A stretch of 64,000 bases of DNA from positions 19,716,001-19,780,000 of the forward strand of contig OX597819.1 in NCBI GenBank assembly GCA_951406725.2, written 5' to 3'. This DNA comes from Octopus vulgaris. Taxonomy: Eukaryota. Positions 15,951 through 32,287 of the stretch are shown piece after piece. The notes beneath the pieces are model-generated. The model was not told the DNA's origin. It did no database searches and was given only the letters and a program-made list of their open reading frames with translations. Position 1 is the first letter of the stretch. The number at the start of each line of letters is the position of its first letter. The translations under genes and the position numbers were made by a program.

Positions 15951-16276
15951 AGCTAATATTCTGCACAAAAAAAAATTTCCCCTATGAACAAATCATGTCT
16001 GCAGTTTGTTCAGTAAGGCATTACAGAACCATCTTTCTCGGACCACGTGACACATCCATCCAATCCGCATTCAGTAAACTAATGATAATTGGCGTTATCG
16101 ATCTGTTCAAACCATCCATTTTTTAAAGCAAGGAAATAATTTAAAATTTCCAGTTTCAATTTTGAGTCATTATTAACATTTAAGGAATTATTAATAGTTA
16201 TTTCTAGAAACAAAATCTGCCGCACTGATGCAGTATCATCATCTTCAGAGGGTACTTTATTGCGGTATAAATATTT

Positions 16277-16497
16277 ATTTCTTTATTTCCCACAATAGGC
16301 GAAACATAGAGGTGACAAACAAGGGTAGACAAAGGAATTAAGTCAATTACATCGACCCCAGTGCGGAACTGGTACTTATTTTATCAATGATGAAAGGCAA
16401 AGTCGAGATCGGCGGAATTTGAACTCAGAACGTACGTCAGACGAAATATGGTGAGCATTTTGCCCGGTGTGCTAACGGTTCTGCCAGCTCGGCGCCC
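16277..16497 (-). mobile_element. SINE family B
   Basis: Colinear with 53796-54021. Confidence 0.85.
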
Positions 16498-17003
16498 TAT
16501 TGGGTTTAAATATTGCGCTTTTATACCCTCAAATGAATACATATAATAACAAAATTTGATGAGAATTGTCCCTGCCATTATCGGTTTCCGATTTGTTTCT
16601 TATTAAAGAAACGGTACAAGTAAGGATATATTTACCTTGTATCCATCTATGTTATAAATGTTAGCTGAGAGTTGGTCCAGTGCAGAACAGAACGTTGTGT
16701 AATTGTGAAATGGAGATAATTTCGCATTGCTCTATAATAGCTAAGTTTATTAAACACTGTGTAGTATCATGAATGTTACCTGTCTGATGGGTTGTCCATA
16801 ATGTCATCGGGTGGAGTCGTGAGTTTCTAGGAAACATATATTTCCCATGAGACCAGTTTACAAAGCCGAAATCAGCGAATTGCTACTACAACTTTATCGT
16901 TCCTTCTCCAACTGTCGTATCTACGACAACGAACGGTGCCTAAAACAAATGGAGGAAAAGTGGCACATATTAACACGTCATGTACGCCAGCAACAAACAA
17001 GAT

Positions 17004-17060
<57 letters not shown>

Positions 17061-17094
17061 GGAGACAGATATAGACACATACATACCTTCAGTA

Positions 17095-17378
17095 TTCTTC
17101 TGCAGCACAGCTTTCAGAGGTTTTAGTCGGACAAATCGACACAAGAACGTACTTTTTTAAATGCCTGGTACATATTTTATTAGTCTCTTCTGATGACACG
17201 CTGTGTTATGGGGACGTAAAGACACCGACACCGGTTGTCTACCAAATCCACTCACAAGGCTTTGGTTGGACAGAGGCTATAGTTGAAGACACCTGCCCAA
17301 GATGCCACGCAGTGGGTCTCAACCCAAAACCATGTGGTTGGGAAGGAAGATACTTATCACACAGCTACGCCTACGCCT
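17095..17378 (-). mobile_element. SINE family A, degenerate and internally deleted
   Basis: Reverse-complement match to 35337-35755, lacking the central microsatellite. Confidence 0.8.
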
Positions 17379-17416
17379 GCATAATACATACATACATACA
17401 TACATACATACATACA

Positions 17417-17452
<36 letters not shown>

Positions 17453-17542
17453 CATAGGCAAGACCTGTATCGCTAGATGTATGTCGGAATCTGGTGTCAC
17501 TCCTTCAGATTGTAAAAGAGAAATATTTGTAAAAGAATATTA

Positions 17543-17696
17543 CTGGCTGTTTGCTAAGTAGCTTGCTAACTAACCACATGGTTCCGGGTTCAGTTCGACT
17601 CTGTGGCACCTTGGGCAAGTGTCTACTACTATAGCTTCGGGGCGACCAAAGCATTGTGAGTGGATTTGGTAGACAGAAACAGAAAGAAGCCCGTCG

Positions 17697-17751
<55 letters not shown>

Positions 17752-17990
17752 GCGTGTGTGTGTGTGTGTGTGTGTATGTTTGTATGTCTGTGTTTGCCCC
17801 CACCCTCCATCGCTTGACTACCGATGTTGATGTGTTTACGTCCCCGTAACTTCGCGCTTCGGCAAAATGACTGATAGAATAAGTACTAGGCATACAAAGA
17901 ATAAGCCCTGGGGTCGATTTATTCGACTAAAGGCATTGCTCCAGGACGGCTGCAATGAAATAACTGAAACAAATAAATGAATAAAAGAAT
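17543..17990 (+). mobile_element. SINE family A
   Basis: Colinear with 35337-35755. Confidence 0.9.
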
Positions 17991-17997
17991 ATTTACC

Positions 17998-18202
17998 TAT
18001 TTCTTTATTACCCACAAGGACAGACATAGGTATTAAGTCGATTACATCGACCCCAGTGCGTAACTGGTGCTTAATTTATCGACCCCGAAAGGATAAAAGG
18101 CAAAGTCGACCTCGGTGGAATTTGAACTCACAACGTAACGGCAGACGAAATAACGCTTAGCATTTCGCCCGGCGCGCTAACGATTCTGCCAGCTCGCCGC
18201 CT
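17998..18202 (-). mobile_element. tRNA-related SINE family B with a 24-bp TSD
   Basis: ggcggcgagctggcagaatcgttagc..gagttcaaattcc..ggggtcgataaattaag; TSD taaatgaataaaagaatatttacc at 17974-17997 and 18203-18226. Confidence 0.9.
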
Positions 18203-18731
18203 TAAATGAATAAAAGAATATTTACCGTTTATAAAATCTATCCAGTCACATACATTAAGTCCGAGCAACACGTGTGAGTGAAAGCATTGCCAAATATGAC
18301 GCTCTAAAAATACGCCATAACTATTCTATTCTCAACCATTATGAGACTCAGCATTGCTACTAGGTTATAAAACAAGTCATTTCATCACGTGGAGAATCTC
18401 ATCACTTACGTAAGAGAATATGACATTTTAGGAGCAGTGTAGGGTATTATATTTATAGTTACCCGTATTGCTATTCTTTTGAAAAATGATCGATTTGCCA
18501 CTTGAAGATAACAGAATTTACTATTGAGAATTTTGAATATGTGATCTACGTAAATTCGTTGGTTATTTACATAACTTATTTCCATATCAGTTGAAGCATA
18601 ACAGCGAACAGGGTGAACAACGTTACCACAAGAAAGGATTAAATATTAAATGTTTAACAGACAACACTTAATATTCCTCCCCTCAACTCTATTGGGATAT
18701 TGAGTCATCTCGACATGCAGTCACGTATTTG

Positions 18732-18763
<32 letters not shown>

Positions 18764-18849
18764 AAACAATCAATACAGCTATCAATTTTATTCTATTTTT
18801 TGTCAATATAATACCCTACGAATCTATATGGACATCTATCATGCTTGCT

Positions 18850-18895
<46 letters not shown>

Positions 18896-18950
18896 GTGTG
18901 TGTGTGTGTGTATTTGTATATATATATGTATGTATGTACATATATGTATG

Positions 18951-19005
<55 letters not shown>

Positions 19006-20189
19006 GTATTATAACGCATGTATGTACGTATTATAACCTACATGTATATTTATGTATGCATATATAACAAATTCTGTTATGTTATCGACAACAGAGATCA
19101 AAGTAAGAGTAGGACTGGTTGTGGGAAATTTATTCTGAAAGTCTTCCGATCCTGCCCTCGTATGTATTTTCATAAGATCATTTGATAATGCCTATACAAT
19201 AGAATATATATCGCATAAATCAATAAGAAATATATCAACTATTATTTTGCGTTGCGAAAAAACCATAATATTTCGGAGAGGTATAAAGTCGATTAAACCT
19301 TTACTTACACTTTTACCGGTTTCAGTCATTAGATTACGACCATGACAGAGTACCGCCTTCTAGGATTTCAACAAATGACCCCTGAATAGCATTACTTAGT
19401 TTTGTTGGTCGTATTTCTCGAATCGCTAGGTCAAATGTAAAGAGTGTAGATTACGAATGTTACTTCAGTCTTCGAATTTAATATCACGCAAGATTTTATA
19501 CGAGAATACGCAAAGAAAAGCTCATGCTTGTAAAACTACACAGGCTTACACTGTATCCACTGCATTCGAATGTATTTTCCCGTCTATCTGTCTGTCTGTC
19601 TGCCTATCTATCTATGCATCTGTTGTAAAGTATAGGTGTTGGGTGGGGATGCTATTGACTTCTGTACAGTTTCTATATCTCAAATTTCGCCATAGTATAT
19701 ATTGACCGGATAATGCTAGGGCAGGGGCAATTTGGGAATGCTACGGTAGGGACACTTCTGGAAGGGGCAATTCAGTAGAATGCAGCTAAATGTGAACTTG
19801 TTGCATACCAATCCCCTTCAGAATCATAATGCAAGCCACCTTTCTTTCATTATCTTCTTTTTCGACTGTGTAGGTTACAGCCTGAGGTTATTGACAATGA
19901 GTGCTTACTGCAATGACCAGACAAACGGATGGTTATGCTATAACCGGAACAATTATAAAGCTAACATATACAACAGTGACCAAGTAATATGTGTTTCAAC
20001 GATGTCATTAAGCCTTTATGATTCCAAGCTTCCTTATTTTTGTAGATAGCAGATTTTATTTGAGTGCCAACACTTGGAATTTTCAAGAATTTTGAGACTA
20101 ATTAGTTCGCTTGTCATATTCTGAAGCAACCTCTCCTAAACATTTCTTAGAATATATTAAGTAAATGATTCCGATATAAACACAAACTA

Positions 20190-20400
20190 GGCGGCGAGGC
20201 GGTGGAATCGTTACTGACCCGTGTATAAGCATAGCAGTATTTCGCTCGTCTTTGCATTCCCAATTGAAATTTCGCGGAGATCCACTTTGCCTTATAATAT
20301 TTCGAGATGGATTAAATAAGTACTAGTGGAATACTAGGGTCGGTGTAATCGACTTAACCCAACCCCAGAAGTTGCTGGCCATGAGACCAAATTCGAATCT
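20190..20400 (+). mobile_element. Old SINE family B-related copy
   Basis: ggcggcgagg..gaatcgtta..actttgcc..taagtactagt..gtaatcgactta. Confidence 0.7.
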
Positions 20401-20753
20401 AATAGATCTATCAATTTTATTCTATATATGTTTGTATATATATGTATACATATATACGTTTGTGTGTGTTTGTGATTTACGAGTTGTAGATTATTGAGAG
20501 TGGGGAGTTGCTAAATTTTGTCGACTACAGTGGGATAAAAGTAAACGTACGTGTCACAGGATTTGAACATGGAAAATAAAGTTCAGGAAAGAAAACCAAC
20601 GCAATTTATCTCACACGACGCTTTTATAGTTCTTTAAGCTTATCGAATTTTGTTAATAAATGCAAAATTATAAGACTAGATATTTTGTGGTGAGTTATGG
20701 GGATACGTTAAAATCCATACCAGCAGTACTGTTGTATATATATATATATATAT

Positions 20754-20790
<37 letters not shown>

Positions 20791-21288
20791 TTGAAATATA
20801 TGTGCAACAATACTGCAGAAAACTGTTTATTGTAAGGAGCAGAATATTTTTAATACCATTTTATCCAACGTATTCAGGATGCACGATTGCATATCAATCA
20901 TATTTAGGATTCCGTATAAATTCACGAAAGGAAAGCATGAAAAAGAAATACAACAAGCGACTCACTATGTTGTTTAAAAGGGACACAGTAAACGGTTGAA
21001 GGGAAAGGAAAAGAAGCGAAACAGGATGAGAAAAATGGAAATTGGGAAACATTATTATCTATATTATCAATATGTAAGGGGCATACATTTATATTAAAGC
21101 ACGATAGTGAAAATACCTGTAAAGATAGGGCTTTATAAAGTGGAATTTATGGATGGTTTATGTACCGATCAGGTTTTTGCTTTCCTTTTCGGTTGGGGGT
21201 ATTTTTTCCTGGATGGAATGTTTTATATACAATCACATGTGTAAATGTAGGCACTCATATACAAATTTTGTACCAAAACATGGGTCTA

Positions 21289-21343
<55 letters not shown>

Positions 21344-22694
21344 GTATATTCACACACACATACATAAATACATACATACATACAATCGTACATTCATATG
21401 CGTGTATATGAATACAACTGTATACATATATGTATATATGTATGTATACCTACATATCTATAGACATGTGCAGATTAGTCTCCATATGCAACTGCATTAG
21501 TGTTTGCAAACGCATGTGTATATATATATTCATGCACGTCTAGTATTCTCAATATATGTCACGTGTATTTTTGGGGGGTTATTATCATTTGCAAATACAC
21601 ACACACATGCGAATATAATGTTATATTTATGGTAAGGGTACATTTATAAGTATATGCAAGTATATACATGTGCATATTTCTATGTATATGTGTTCATGAA
21701 TATATGTCTATAAATATGTATATGATGGCCGACTCTCCTACGATTATCTTTAAACAGTATCTGATTTTATTCATTGTTTTTGTTTTAGAACTTTTTTTGT
21801 TTTTGTTTTTATATAGCGTCATATTTATTGTATTCACACGAACTTCTTTCGATAAGTGTCCTAAAATATTATACATTGGCACAGATGATGTTATCTCTTG
21901 CTGTTTTATGTCATAATTTTTTTCTTTTTTTTAATATCAATAAAAATCTCATCTGAACTTGTTATGAAAGAGATAGTGTGAGATACAAACAGTTAAAAAT
22001 TATATAAGGTACAATGAATAAGAGGATGGCAGAGACTTGCAGGAAGGCAACAAAAGGTAGCGATACACGAGAGAAGGAGATTAATAGAGAGGAGAGAGAG
22101 AATGAAATGATAAGAGAAAGTGAGTGTACACAGAAACATCACGCATATATATTTCTATATATGTATATATGCACGAACGTATGCGTGTTTGCATGTATGT
22201 ATATGCATATATACATAATATATATATATATATATATATATAGACATACATGTACATATTTATATATATGTGTACGTGTGTATATATATATTTGTGTGTG
22301 TGTGAATATATATATATATTTTTTTGTATGTATGTATGCATGTATATTTGTACATATGCATGACGGGGGATAAAAAACATCTGACAATATAAGAAACGAG
22401 AATTTGGAGGAAAACCCAGAAATATTGCAGAAGGGATGAAAATTGCAGAACAGAGAGAGAGAGAGATAGGGACAGAAAAAGAGGTTGAGAAAGAGAGAGA
22501 GACAAAGAGGGAGGGAGGAAAAAGAGAAAGAGATGGTGGCGATGGAGAAAGAAATATAAGAATTAGGTTGGGAGTAATAAAGAAAGAAATATATTCTTCT
22601 TTCTGTATTGATCAAACAAAAACTTTAGGTTAGGTTAGCTGTAAGTTTCCCATTTGAACAATTATCGGAATATTAACAAAAGTGAAAGAGGTAT

Positions 22695-22995
<301 letters not shown>

Positions 22996-23686
22996 CATGG
23001 TGAAGACCTAGAGCAACACCAAAAAAATTATAAAACAAATAATATGAGACAGCAATATGGGCTGAGAAAAATAAACAATAACAATAATAACAAAAATCGT
23101 TCAATTACCTCCCCCGAATATAATATCTCCATATATATTTCTATCTATATTTTACCCTCTTTTATTCATTTTTCATTTCATAAACGCTATCATTGATGGG
23201 TTACTTGTCAAGGAAACAATATGCCACCGGGTATGGCAAATAATATTCTATAACGGAAAATAGCTTTCAAATGTAAATAATACCAGTTATAATAAACATG
23301 TTACATCTGGAAGATGCTATATTAACTACAGCATTTTCCAATATACTATCGATATGTTAAGGTTTTGCAGGCAAGCACAGAAGATCCGCATCACTAGAGT
23401 ATTGAAGTAACATCCATTATTTATGCTCATGTATGTATGCACATATATGTAGATATATAAATGAATGTGTATACACACACATACACAGACACGCGCAGGC
23501 ACTCACACACAAACACATATATATGCACTTATATATGCATATATACGTATATACAGACATATGTTTATATATATATATATATATATATATAATGCATAAA
23601 TACATATATATATATACATACATATATAAATATATATATATATATGACTATCTATCTACATACATATATATATATATATGTATATT

Positions 23687-23740
<54 letters not shown>

Positions 23741-23900
23741 TATATATTTCTTTGTATGTATAAGGATTTATATAGTGAGGTAGGAAAAATTACATGCATA
23801 CATTTGGACGCACACACATATATAATAATGTATATGCGTATGGGTTTGTCTGTGTGTGTGTATAAAAGTATAAACGCTTATTTCGGCAATACATACATAC

Positions 23901-23968
<68 letters not shown>

Positions 23969-24158
23969 ATATCCATTTCATAAATATATATTTACATATA
24001 TATATATGTGTGTGTGCATATTATTTCCTAAAAATGTTAGTATGTATATATGTCCATACATATACACTCTTGCATACATACTAATATTCATGCGAATATA
24101 TATAAAGGAATTTCTCTGTAGCTTATCTGAGCTTGCTTGTATATATATATATACATAT

Positions 24159-24226
<68 letters not shown>

Positions 24227-24524
24227 GTACAGATATTGAAAGATGAATATGCTTGTATGTGATTTTGTGTGTGTGCGTTCATCGTTCATACATGGTACAT
24301 ATTCATAAGTTGGGAATTTGGAGAGATATTTATGGTTGGCTAAACAGCATAATTCACGAAATACGAAAGGCATTCATGTGCAACAACATCTAATATGCGA
24401 GTTATCTCAGCCAAGCAAACGAAGAAGGTCTTGTGAGCAATAAGAGAAGCAATTTCGGAAAATCTGTCCTGAACCGGAAATCACTTCGACGAAAGTCCCA
24501 GGCAAATATTTCAGTGCCAGAACA

Positions 24525-24565
<41 letters not shown>

Positions 24566-25185
24566 ATGCTGCTGCTGCTGCTGCTGCTGCTGCTACTACT
24601 ACTACTACTACTACTCATACTACCGCTCTTGCAGAATCGTCGTTAAAGATTAACACCGGTCTCTATCGGGTCCTATATTACAAAAACACGCCGTATACAT
24701 CATACTTATGCAAATACACACGGTCTCACATGCAATTACATATATGTGTGTATGGTTGTGTGAGTATCAATAGCGATCCTTTATAATTTGTTATTAAATA
24801 TATACACACACACACAAACAAACACATACACACACACAGAGACACACAATAACTCGCACAAATATATGTAGACAAAATTAGAATGGGAGAGGATGAGTCG
24901 AGAGAGATTGACAATTAAACATATAAATGTGAAAGTTTACACCCATTAACATGAGGGTGTTGATGTAGAATCATGCTAAGGGCGTTTTTGGTTACATACT
25001 TATATAAATGTACCTTATATGCCTTTATGTGTATCTATCTATCTATTTATCTCTCTCTCTCTCTCTCTCTCTTTATCTCTCTCTCTCTCTCTCTCTTTAT
25101 CTATCTATCTATCTATTTATATATCTGTCTATATTTACATATCAATTTATGCGCACACATATATATATATATATTTATATGTTCA

Positions 25186-25217
<32 letters not shown>

Positions 25218-25244
25218 CATATATATTATATATATATATTTATA

Positions 25245-25341
<97 letters not shown>

Positions 25342-25437
25342 TCAGAGTGAATACTTGATAACTGTAAGCACCTGTATATGCCAGCTAGTGGTATAGGTGA
25401 TAGAATCCGCAGAATCCTTTGCGCCCTGTCTTTCTTT

Positions 25438-25483
<46 letters not shown>

Positions 25484-26097
25484 TGCATCATGTGTATATA
25501 TACGTGGGCTGTATGTGTATATGTACTACGTCCGTTCTTACTTGGAAAATGATAAATTACTAACGAGGATATTTGTGTTACATCCTACTTAGAGATTTCG
25601 TCATAGCGGTGAAGACATTCTTGGATACGTTTGTACAGTTGAGACAAATGCCCTTGACTTCGCAGACAGACTTGTAACATGGAATAGATTTTACTGCCTA
25701 CAAGATCAGCGTTATTTCTGTAAGACACACACACACACTCACACACACACGCGTGCGCGTACAAACACACACACACACACATATATACATTATCGACTGC
25801 ATAGAGTCATTACATGTGCTTTGCTTGTGCGCCGGCACGCTGCTATTCAGTGTGAGGGCCATGAAATTTCGAATCATTTGGTATGAAAACATACGAAAGT
25901 CACAGATTGGGGAGACAACCCGCTATAATTTTATTCAGGATTAATGGATATCCAAGTATCCCCATTTTCGTGGTTTATCAACATCACGTACTTGGATCAG
26001 GACGAAATTAATCGCCAGCTTTGTCTAGTTTGGTAAGTGCCAATGCAAGAATCATTCGGACCTGAGTCACTCTGTTACTAAACATTGATATATATAT

Positions 26098-26172
<75 letters not shown>

Positions 26173-26177
<5 letters not shown>

Positions 26178-26950
26178 CGTTATCCCGTAAATAATGCGGT
26201 TTTGTCAATTGCATGAACTAAAATCGAAGGGGACGTGATAATCTGCCTACATCAACTTATTGTAAAAGCAGGTAGTAATTTTACCTTGTACTTATTTTTA
26301 GTGGAGGTTTGGAATAATGCAGTTCAATTTTAACAGTTATTTTCTCAAAGCTATGATGGAAATGACAAACGACCATTTTCGGTATATTTTGCTTTAGTAG
26401 TTCAATAAAGGCAACAGCGCAGCATAAAGTGCGAGGAATATTAATGCAGCATATCTAAGCTTCTCTCCTAGGAAATAGCAGAGAAGCTTAGATATAGTCA
26501 TTCAAGCAATCATTCAAATCAGCGCTAGAAGAAAAACGATCATCTTTGGTTTTAAGAGGAAAAGTGTTCTTCAAACAGGATAATGCTCTGCCACATATAA
26601 TAGTATGGATGACATTCCAAATGCTGGAGCAGTTTGGATAGGAAACGATGCACCATCCATCACTTTCACCGGACATTACCCCATCTGATTATCTTTTATT
26701 CCACAGTCTTCAAAATCATTTGGAGGGAAAAAATATGAATTACGTAGACGAGGTCAGAACAGTAGTGTAAGAGTATCTTTCATCACGGACAAGTGAATTT
26801 TGGAAAAACCGCTTGCAGGTTTACCAGATAAATGGGAGGGCATACTAGAAAATGAAGGGGAGTGTATTTTAGATTTAATAAATAACTTTGTTTATCTTAA
26901 TTTTGAAAAACAAAACGTATTAAAAACCCCGTAATATTTATGTAATGACC

Positions 26951-26955
<5 letters not shown>
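26173..26955 (+). mobile_element. Internally deleted mariner (DD34D-type) element with both TIRs
   Basis: Imperfect TIRs tattgcgttatcccgtaaataatgcggtttt / aaaaccccgtaatatttatgtaatgacccaata. Transposase relics MMEMTNDHFRYILL and VFFKQDNALPH..HHPSLSPDITPSDYLLFHSLQNHLEGK..LPDKWEGILENEGE. Inserted in (TA)n. Confidence 0.9.
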
Positions 26956-27023
<68 letters not shown>

Positions 27024-27108
27024 GAGGGTGAAAAATGTGAAAAATTGGATATTAATTTAATAACATCAATTTAACTCCAGTGGTTTCGCGCATAAAAAAA
27101 CTGAGATT

Positions 27109-27156
<48 letters not shown>

Positions 27157-27786
27157 ACAGGCTAATGTAAATATATATTTTTTCCTAGATTTTCATAAGA
27201 ACCTTATTAGCAATAAAGTAAGGTATGTTTCTTTGAATAGACTTTATGTTTGAAAACATTGATTCATACGAAATATATTGAAGCCGCTTAAGTGAGAGAC
27301 TTTAGAACCAGCGTAAGATAGAAGTCGTCCAAAAGCTTGTATGATTTACGAAAGCACAAATGTTTGATAGAAAGATAACAGGTTTCCATTTGAAACCATT
27401 CACAGTCGTTTATATCTCTAGAATACATTCATATTAACCCCTCGGCGTAAATTTGAAAGAGGCAAGTTTATTTTGCTTGGCGTATGAATAGCTTACAAGC
27501 ACATGTCACATGAAGTAATCACAAATTCGGCACATCGGTAGAGGCTTCACTTCCCGCAGTAGCGAGACATTGCTATTCAGAGCTGGGCGTTGATACATAT
27601 TTTAACAGAAAATTATTTTATGATTAAAAGAGATATTTCAGTTTCTAAAATTGCTCTGAAGATGGAGTGGCAGGTTAAATACTCTCGGCGATCGGTAATT
27701 TGAAAGGACTCATTTGATTTTCTATTCAGCTTCTTTATATCAGTATACAAATGTATTCCGTAATACGTTGTATCCATATTTATATA

Positions 27787-27866
<80 letters not shown>

Positions 27867-27897
27867 TGTGTATATATCTGCCTGTGTTTAGCATAAT

Positions 27898-27951
<54 letters not shown>

Positions 27952-28059
27952 GGAGAAAATAATACACGAGAATAAAATAATTCGCGAAAAAATAATTTGC
28001 GAAGATATCATTGACACTGTTATTATCTAGTGTAACATTTTAACATTGATAATAACAGA

Positions 28060-28520
28060 ATCAATATTATAGGCAATTTCAGACCCCACAAAAATCATTA
28101 AAAAGCTGAAGGATTACAACTGATCAAAGGGCATACTAAGTATGTCCACCTGCTGGAAATAACAGTCAAAACTCTTATTTAAATCAACAAAATACACTGA
28201 TAACCACAGAGTCCTAATACTTGAATGTACTTTGGGAGACTGTCTTAGCCCGTTTGCCATCGGACGGTCTGAACTCTTGTGAGCCCTTGAACCATAAATT
28301 GACTTTAGTACAGGGTCCATTTTCCTAGATGGAGAAGACAGGGTCTTTGGTACAATGCCTTGCCAGCTCGTTGGTCGGTATTGCATTTGTTACCAAAGTT
28401 GTAATTCAGCCCTTCCTGGATCTCCAATATTGTCATTTCCTCAGATTTCGCGCTCTCTCTTTCTCGAGAGAGTAGAACCTTAGTTCCTTTAGCTTCTCTG
28501 AGTAGCTCATGTTTCACTGA
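28060..28520 (-). pseudogene. RTE-like LINE RT fragment
   Basis: QYRPTS..GSRAHKSS..GLRQ..YFVDLNKSFD resembles the NYRPIS, GFR and FVDLTKAFD RT motifs. Confidence 0.55.
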
Positions 28521-28849
28521 GTAAATCTTCTTTGTCCAGTGACAATGGATTACCTCATGTAATCTGGAACGATTGCAGGATCTATTCAGCTACTGACCGG
28601 CACATTCTTGCCATCTTCGTAATATTCACATAGAATGTTGCATCAATACTTTTGTGGATTTCCAGGTCACACGCTGATTCTGACACTGAGATTGCTCTAC
28701 AAACTGGTCTCGTGTAGTCCCATTGTAATCTGATTTTTGGCACTGTTAGAATATTTGTAGCATTGAACTGTATGTTCAGCTTATATGAATATTACATTCT
28801 AGTCATTTTCCAGTTTTAGTTTGAAGTCAGAGTCCAAAAACGCAGATGA

Positions 28850-29115
28850 AAATGGCTGACTGAATAGCTGAGATCATGTCTGATAGTGCCACCACAGACA
28901 GTGGTGGTCCCTGTAGAGTTGCATGAGTGTCTCCGTTGTAAATTGATGCCTCCCAGGAGAGACCACTCCTCGACTGCAAGTGTCTGACTTCAGCCTTTTA
29001 AAATGTTATTTCGCCACTCTTCCTCCTGTTTCCAGTGATACAAAAGTCACGTAATTTGTGGCATATCCTTTCATGATCAACATTGTAAAACGCCTTGACA
29101 GATCCTAGATATTTA
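28850..29115 (-). pseudogene. CR1-group LINE RT fragment
   Basis: AFYNVDHERICHKLRDFCITG..GPPLSVVALSDMISAIQSA, degenerate. Confidence 0.6.
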
Positions 29116-30249
29116 TGCACATAAATATGTATGTACAAACTTGTAACTGTTTCGGCGAACCATGTTTAAATTGCTATTTCCCCTTATTAAGTCACATTTT
29201 ACAGAAGCTTTATGGTATCACCACTTATTTGGATTTTCCTACTATCATGTATATAGTTGTCTTCTCTAGATGACTTTCAAGGAGAAATTTATCTAGATAT
29301 CTTTAGAATGTTGTAAGATCTTTCTCTTCTATAATGATAGCGTAAAATAAAGAAAATTCTGTTGAGCAAAAGTAATATGTAGGCGAATATTGCACTTGCC
29401 GGAATGTTGTACTAATATTTAGTGTTTATTTGGGCAAAACGTGAAATTACACAAAATATGGTATTTGGCTCCACAGGTGTGAAGGAATGCACATTTTCAT
29501 TGGTCTTTGAGCTCTTATTATTTTCAAACTTGACAATGAGGACTGCACACACTTACGAACCAACATATGTTTCTTCTCTTTCCTCATCTTTTCCATCCTA
29601 CTTCCTAAATTTGACACCTTGAAAGGTCATCTAACCATTCTCTCCCACCATGCGGAGATGTTTGTTTACAATCATATTGATAAGTATACAATGAGAAGGG
29701 AAATAGGTGGAAGCGAGAGAATAGAAATAAGATGCTTTGTAATGAAATTTCAATGGGCTGACCACAATCAAATTGAAAAGAAATCTCTCTATTGACCCTT
29801 ACATCCTTGTACCTTTCTTCTTTTTTCGCCATTGTTCTGCCCCCAAAAATATAGTTTTTTTGCTTTTTTTCTTCTTCATCCATTGTCTTCAAAACAAACA
29901 GTTTAATTAAAAATAACCCACCCTCTCTTTCTCTATTATCCTTTCTTTACATTTCTTTCTCGATTACTCTGCTCCTTATGTTATTTTCTTTCTCCCAAAA
30001 AAAAAAAAAGAAAAATTCTCCTCTTCTAAACAAACTAAAAAAATATTCCATTCACATAAAAGACGGAAACGTTCTGCTTTTATCATTCGGATTTTAAATT
30101 TATCTTCAAGATTTCGGTTAAAGGAACGGAAGCGCCAATAAAGAAATCTCCAAAATTATGACTGCCACATTTTTCTCAGTATACAATATCTGTGCATCGC
30201 TTCAGACACTCTTTATTTACAGACATAATTACATTCTTTATTCTGTTAT

Positions 30250-30392
30250 TTCTTTACTTTTTCATTCATTTGATTGTGGCTATACTGGAGCAATGCCTGC
30301 AGTCGAACAAATCGATCCCAGAACTGATTCTTCCAAGTACATCCCACGCACACAAATACATACATACATGCATACATAAATACATAAATACA

Positions 30393-30446
<54 letters not shown>

Positions 30447-30592
30447 ACAGGTTTCTTCCAGTTTCCGTCCAACAAATACACTCACAAAGATTTAGTCGGC
30501 CCAAGGCAATAGTAGATGATACTTGCCCAAGGTGCCACACAGTGAGATTGAACCCAGAGCTATGAGCTTCGAAAGCAAGCTTCTTACCACAT
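30250..30592 (-). mobile_element. SINE family A, deleted copy
   Basis: Head, microsatellite and tail match family A. Confidence 0.8.
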
Positions 30593-30649
30593 TTGTATAT
30601 GTGTGTGTGTACTTGAGTGCGTGCGAGTTTTTCTTTTTAATTGTTGCTC

Positions 30650-31240
30650 TCTTGGCCGAGCAAAGTCTGTATTCGTGGAGATATAGCCCAGCCTGTTCCA
30701 GGGGAATGCAATTAATACTATGTAACCTTTCAATCTCTTTAAATCACATTATGTTGAATTACCATATATATTGTAACGTTGCACCTCTCATGAATACTGA
30801 AAGAGGATCTGCGGGTATTTAGCCTAATATTAAAGGGTCCCTCAGTTGCTGCCATATATTTCTGTGTATGCATCCTTTCGTTGCAGCTATGGTTGACGCT
30901 CATATCGTTGTTGAACAGGACCACCTCTGCTTTGTAGTCTTGGCCTCAGCGTTGTATTCATGGACAGGTAGGATGCCTTCGTTATATCATCGTTCAACTT
31001 TCTGAAAAATCCCTTTACTCTCCAGTCCGATTTCTTATTTAGTTGAGTTACTCAGGTTCCACTTGGTTTTGAAGGAAACGTTCGGCTAATGATCCCTGGT
31101 GGTAATAAGCGTATTCAGTTTAGCTAAGATTGCATTATTTCTCCTATATATAAACAGCAATCGGACTGTTTGCCCTGCTTGTTGAAGCTATAGTATATAT
31201 GAGGGAGCCACTTCATTGTTTTGTGTGACACTGTTGCCTA
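30650..31240 (-). mobile_element. Possible decayed 5' part of a LINE (APE endonuclease start)
   Basis: GPFNIRL resembles GTWNVRTL, followed by a YLHEYR-like segment; the match is weak. Confidence 0.3.
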
Positions 31241-31339
31241 AGAGCCCATCATTTGCGTCGGTGTCTATTGTATATATTCTGTTTCGTCTGAGAACAGTAA
31301 AGGCATGTCTGCATCTTTACGAAAACACATTTCGTTACA

Positions 31340-31685
<346 letters not shown>

Positions 31686-32214
31686 TGTTCTCGTTCTCGT
31701 TCAATTCCTTCTCGTTCTGTATCACCATTCATAAATACCTTTATCATTATTATCATTATTATTATTGTTGTCAGTGTGATTACTCTTAATATTCTTTTCA
31801 AAATCCCCACCACGATCATCATCGTCGCCGACGTAGTCACCGCTGTCGACGTTGTCATCGTCGTCATCATCAGCATCATCCTCTTGTATTCTTTTTGTGT
31901 CATTACAAACGCTCACTGACTTCAAGAAATTACTCTAAAAACCTATTTAATATTTCCAGCAGCTTCCAGCCCACAATAGTATCGTTAATGAACCTTTCTT
32001 TAATTAACGCATCTCTCTTTCCCTTATGAAGTTTTAACACACACCCACACACTTTTCACTCAAGCGGAGACACACACACACACACACGCACACGCATGAA
32101 TTTATTTTCATGATACATTTTTATATAATTATAACTTTCTTATAATGTATGTGTGTGTTTGTGTATGTATATATATCTATAATAAACACACACAATATAT
32201 AAATATATATATAC

Positions 32215-32287
<73 letters not shown>

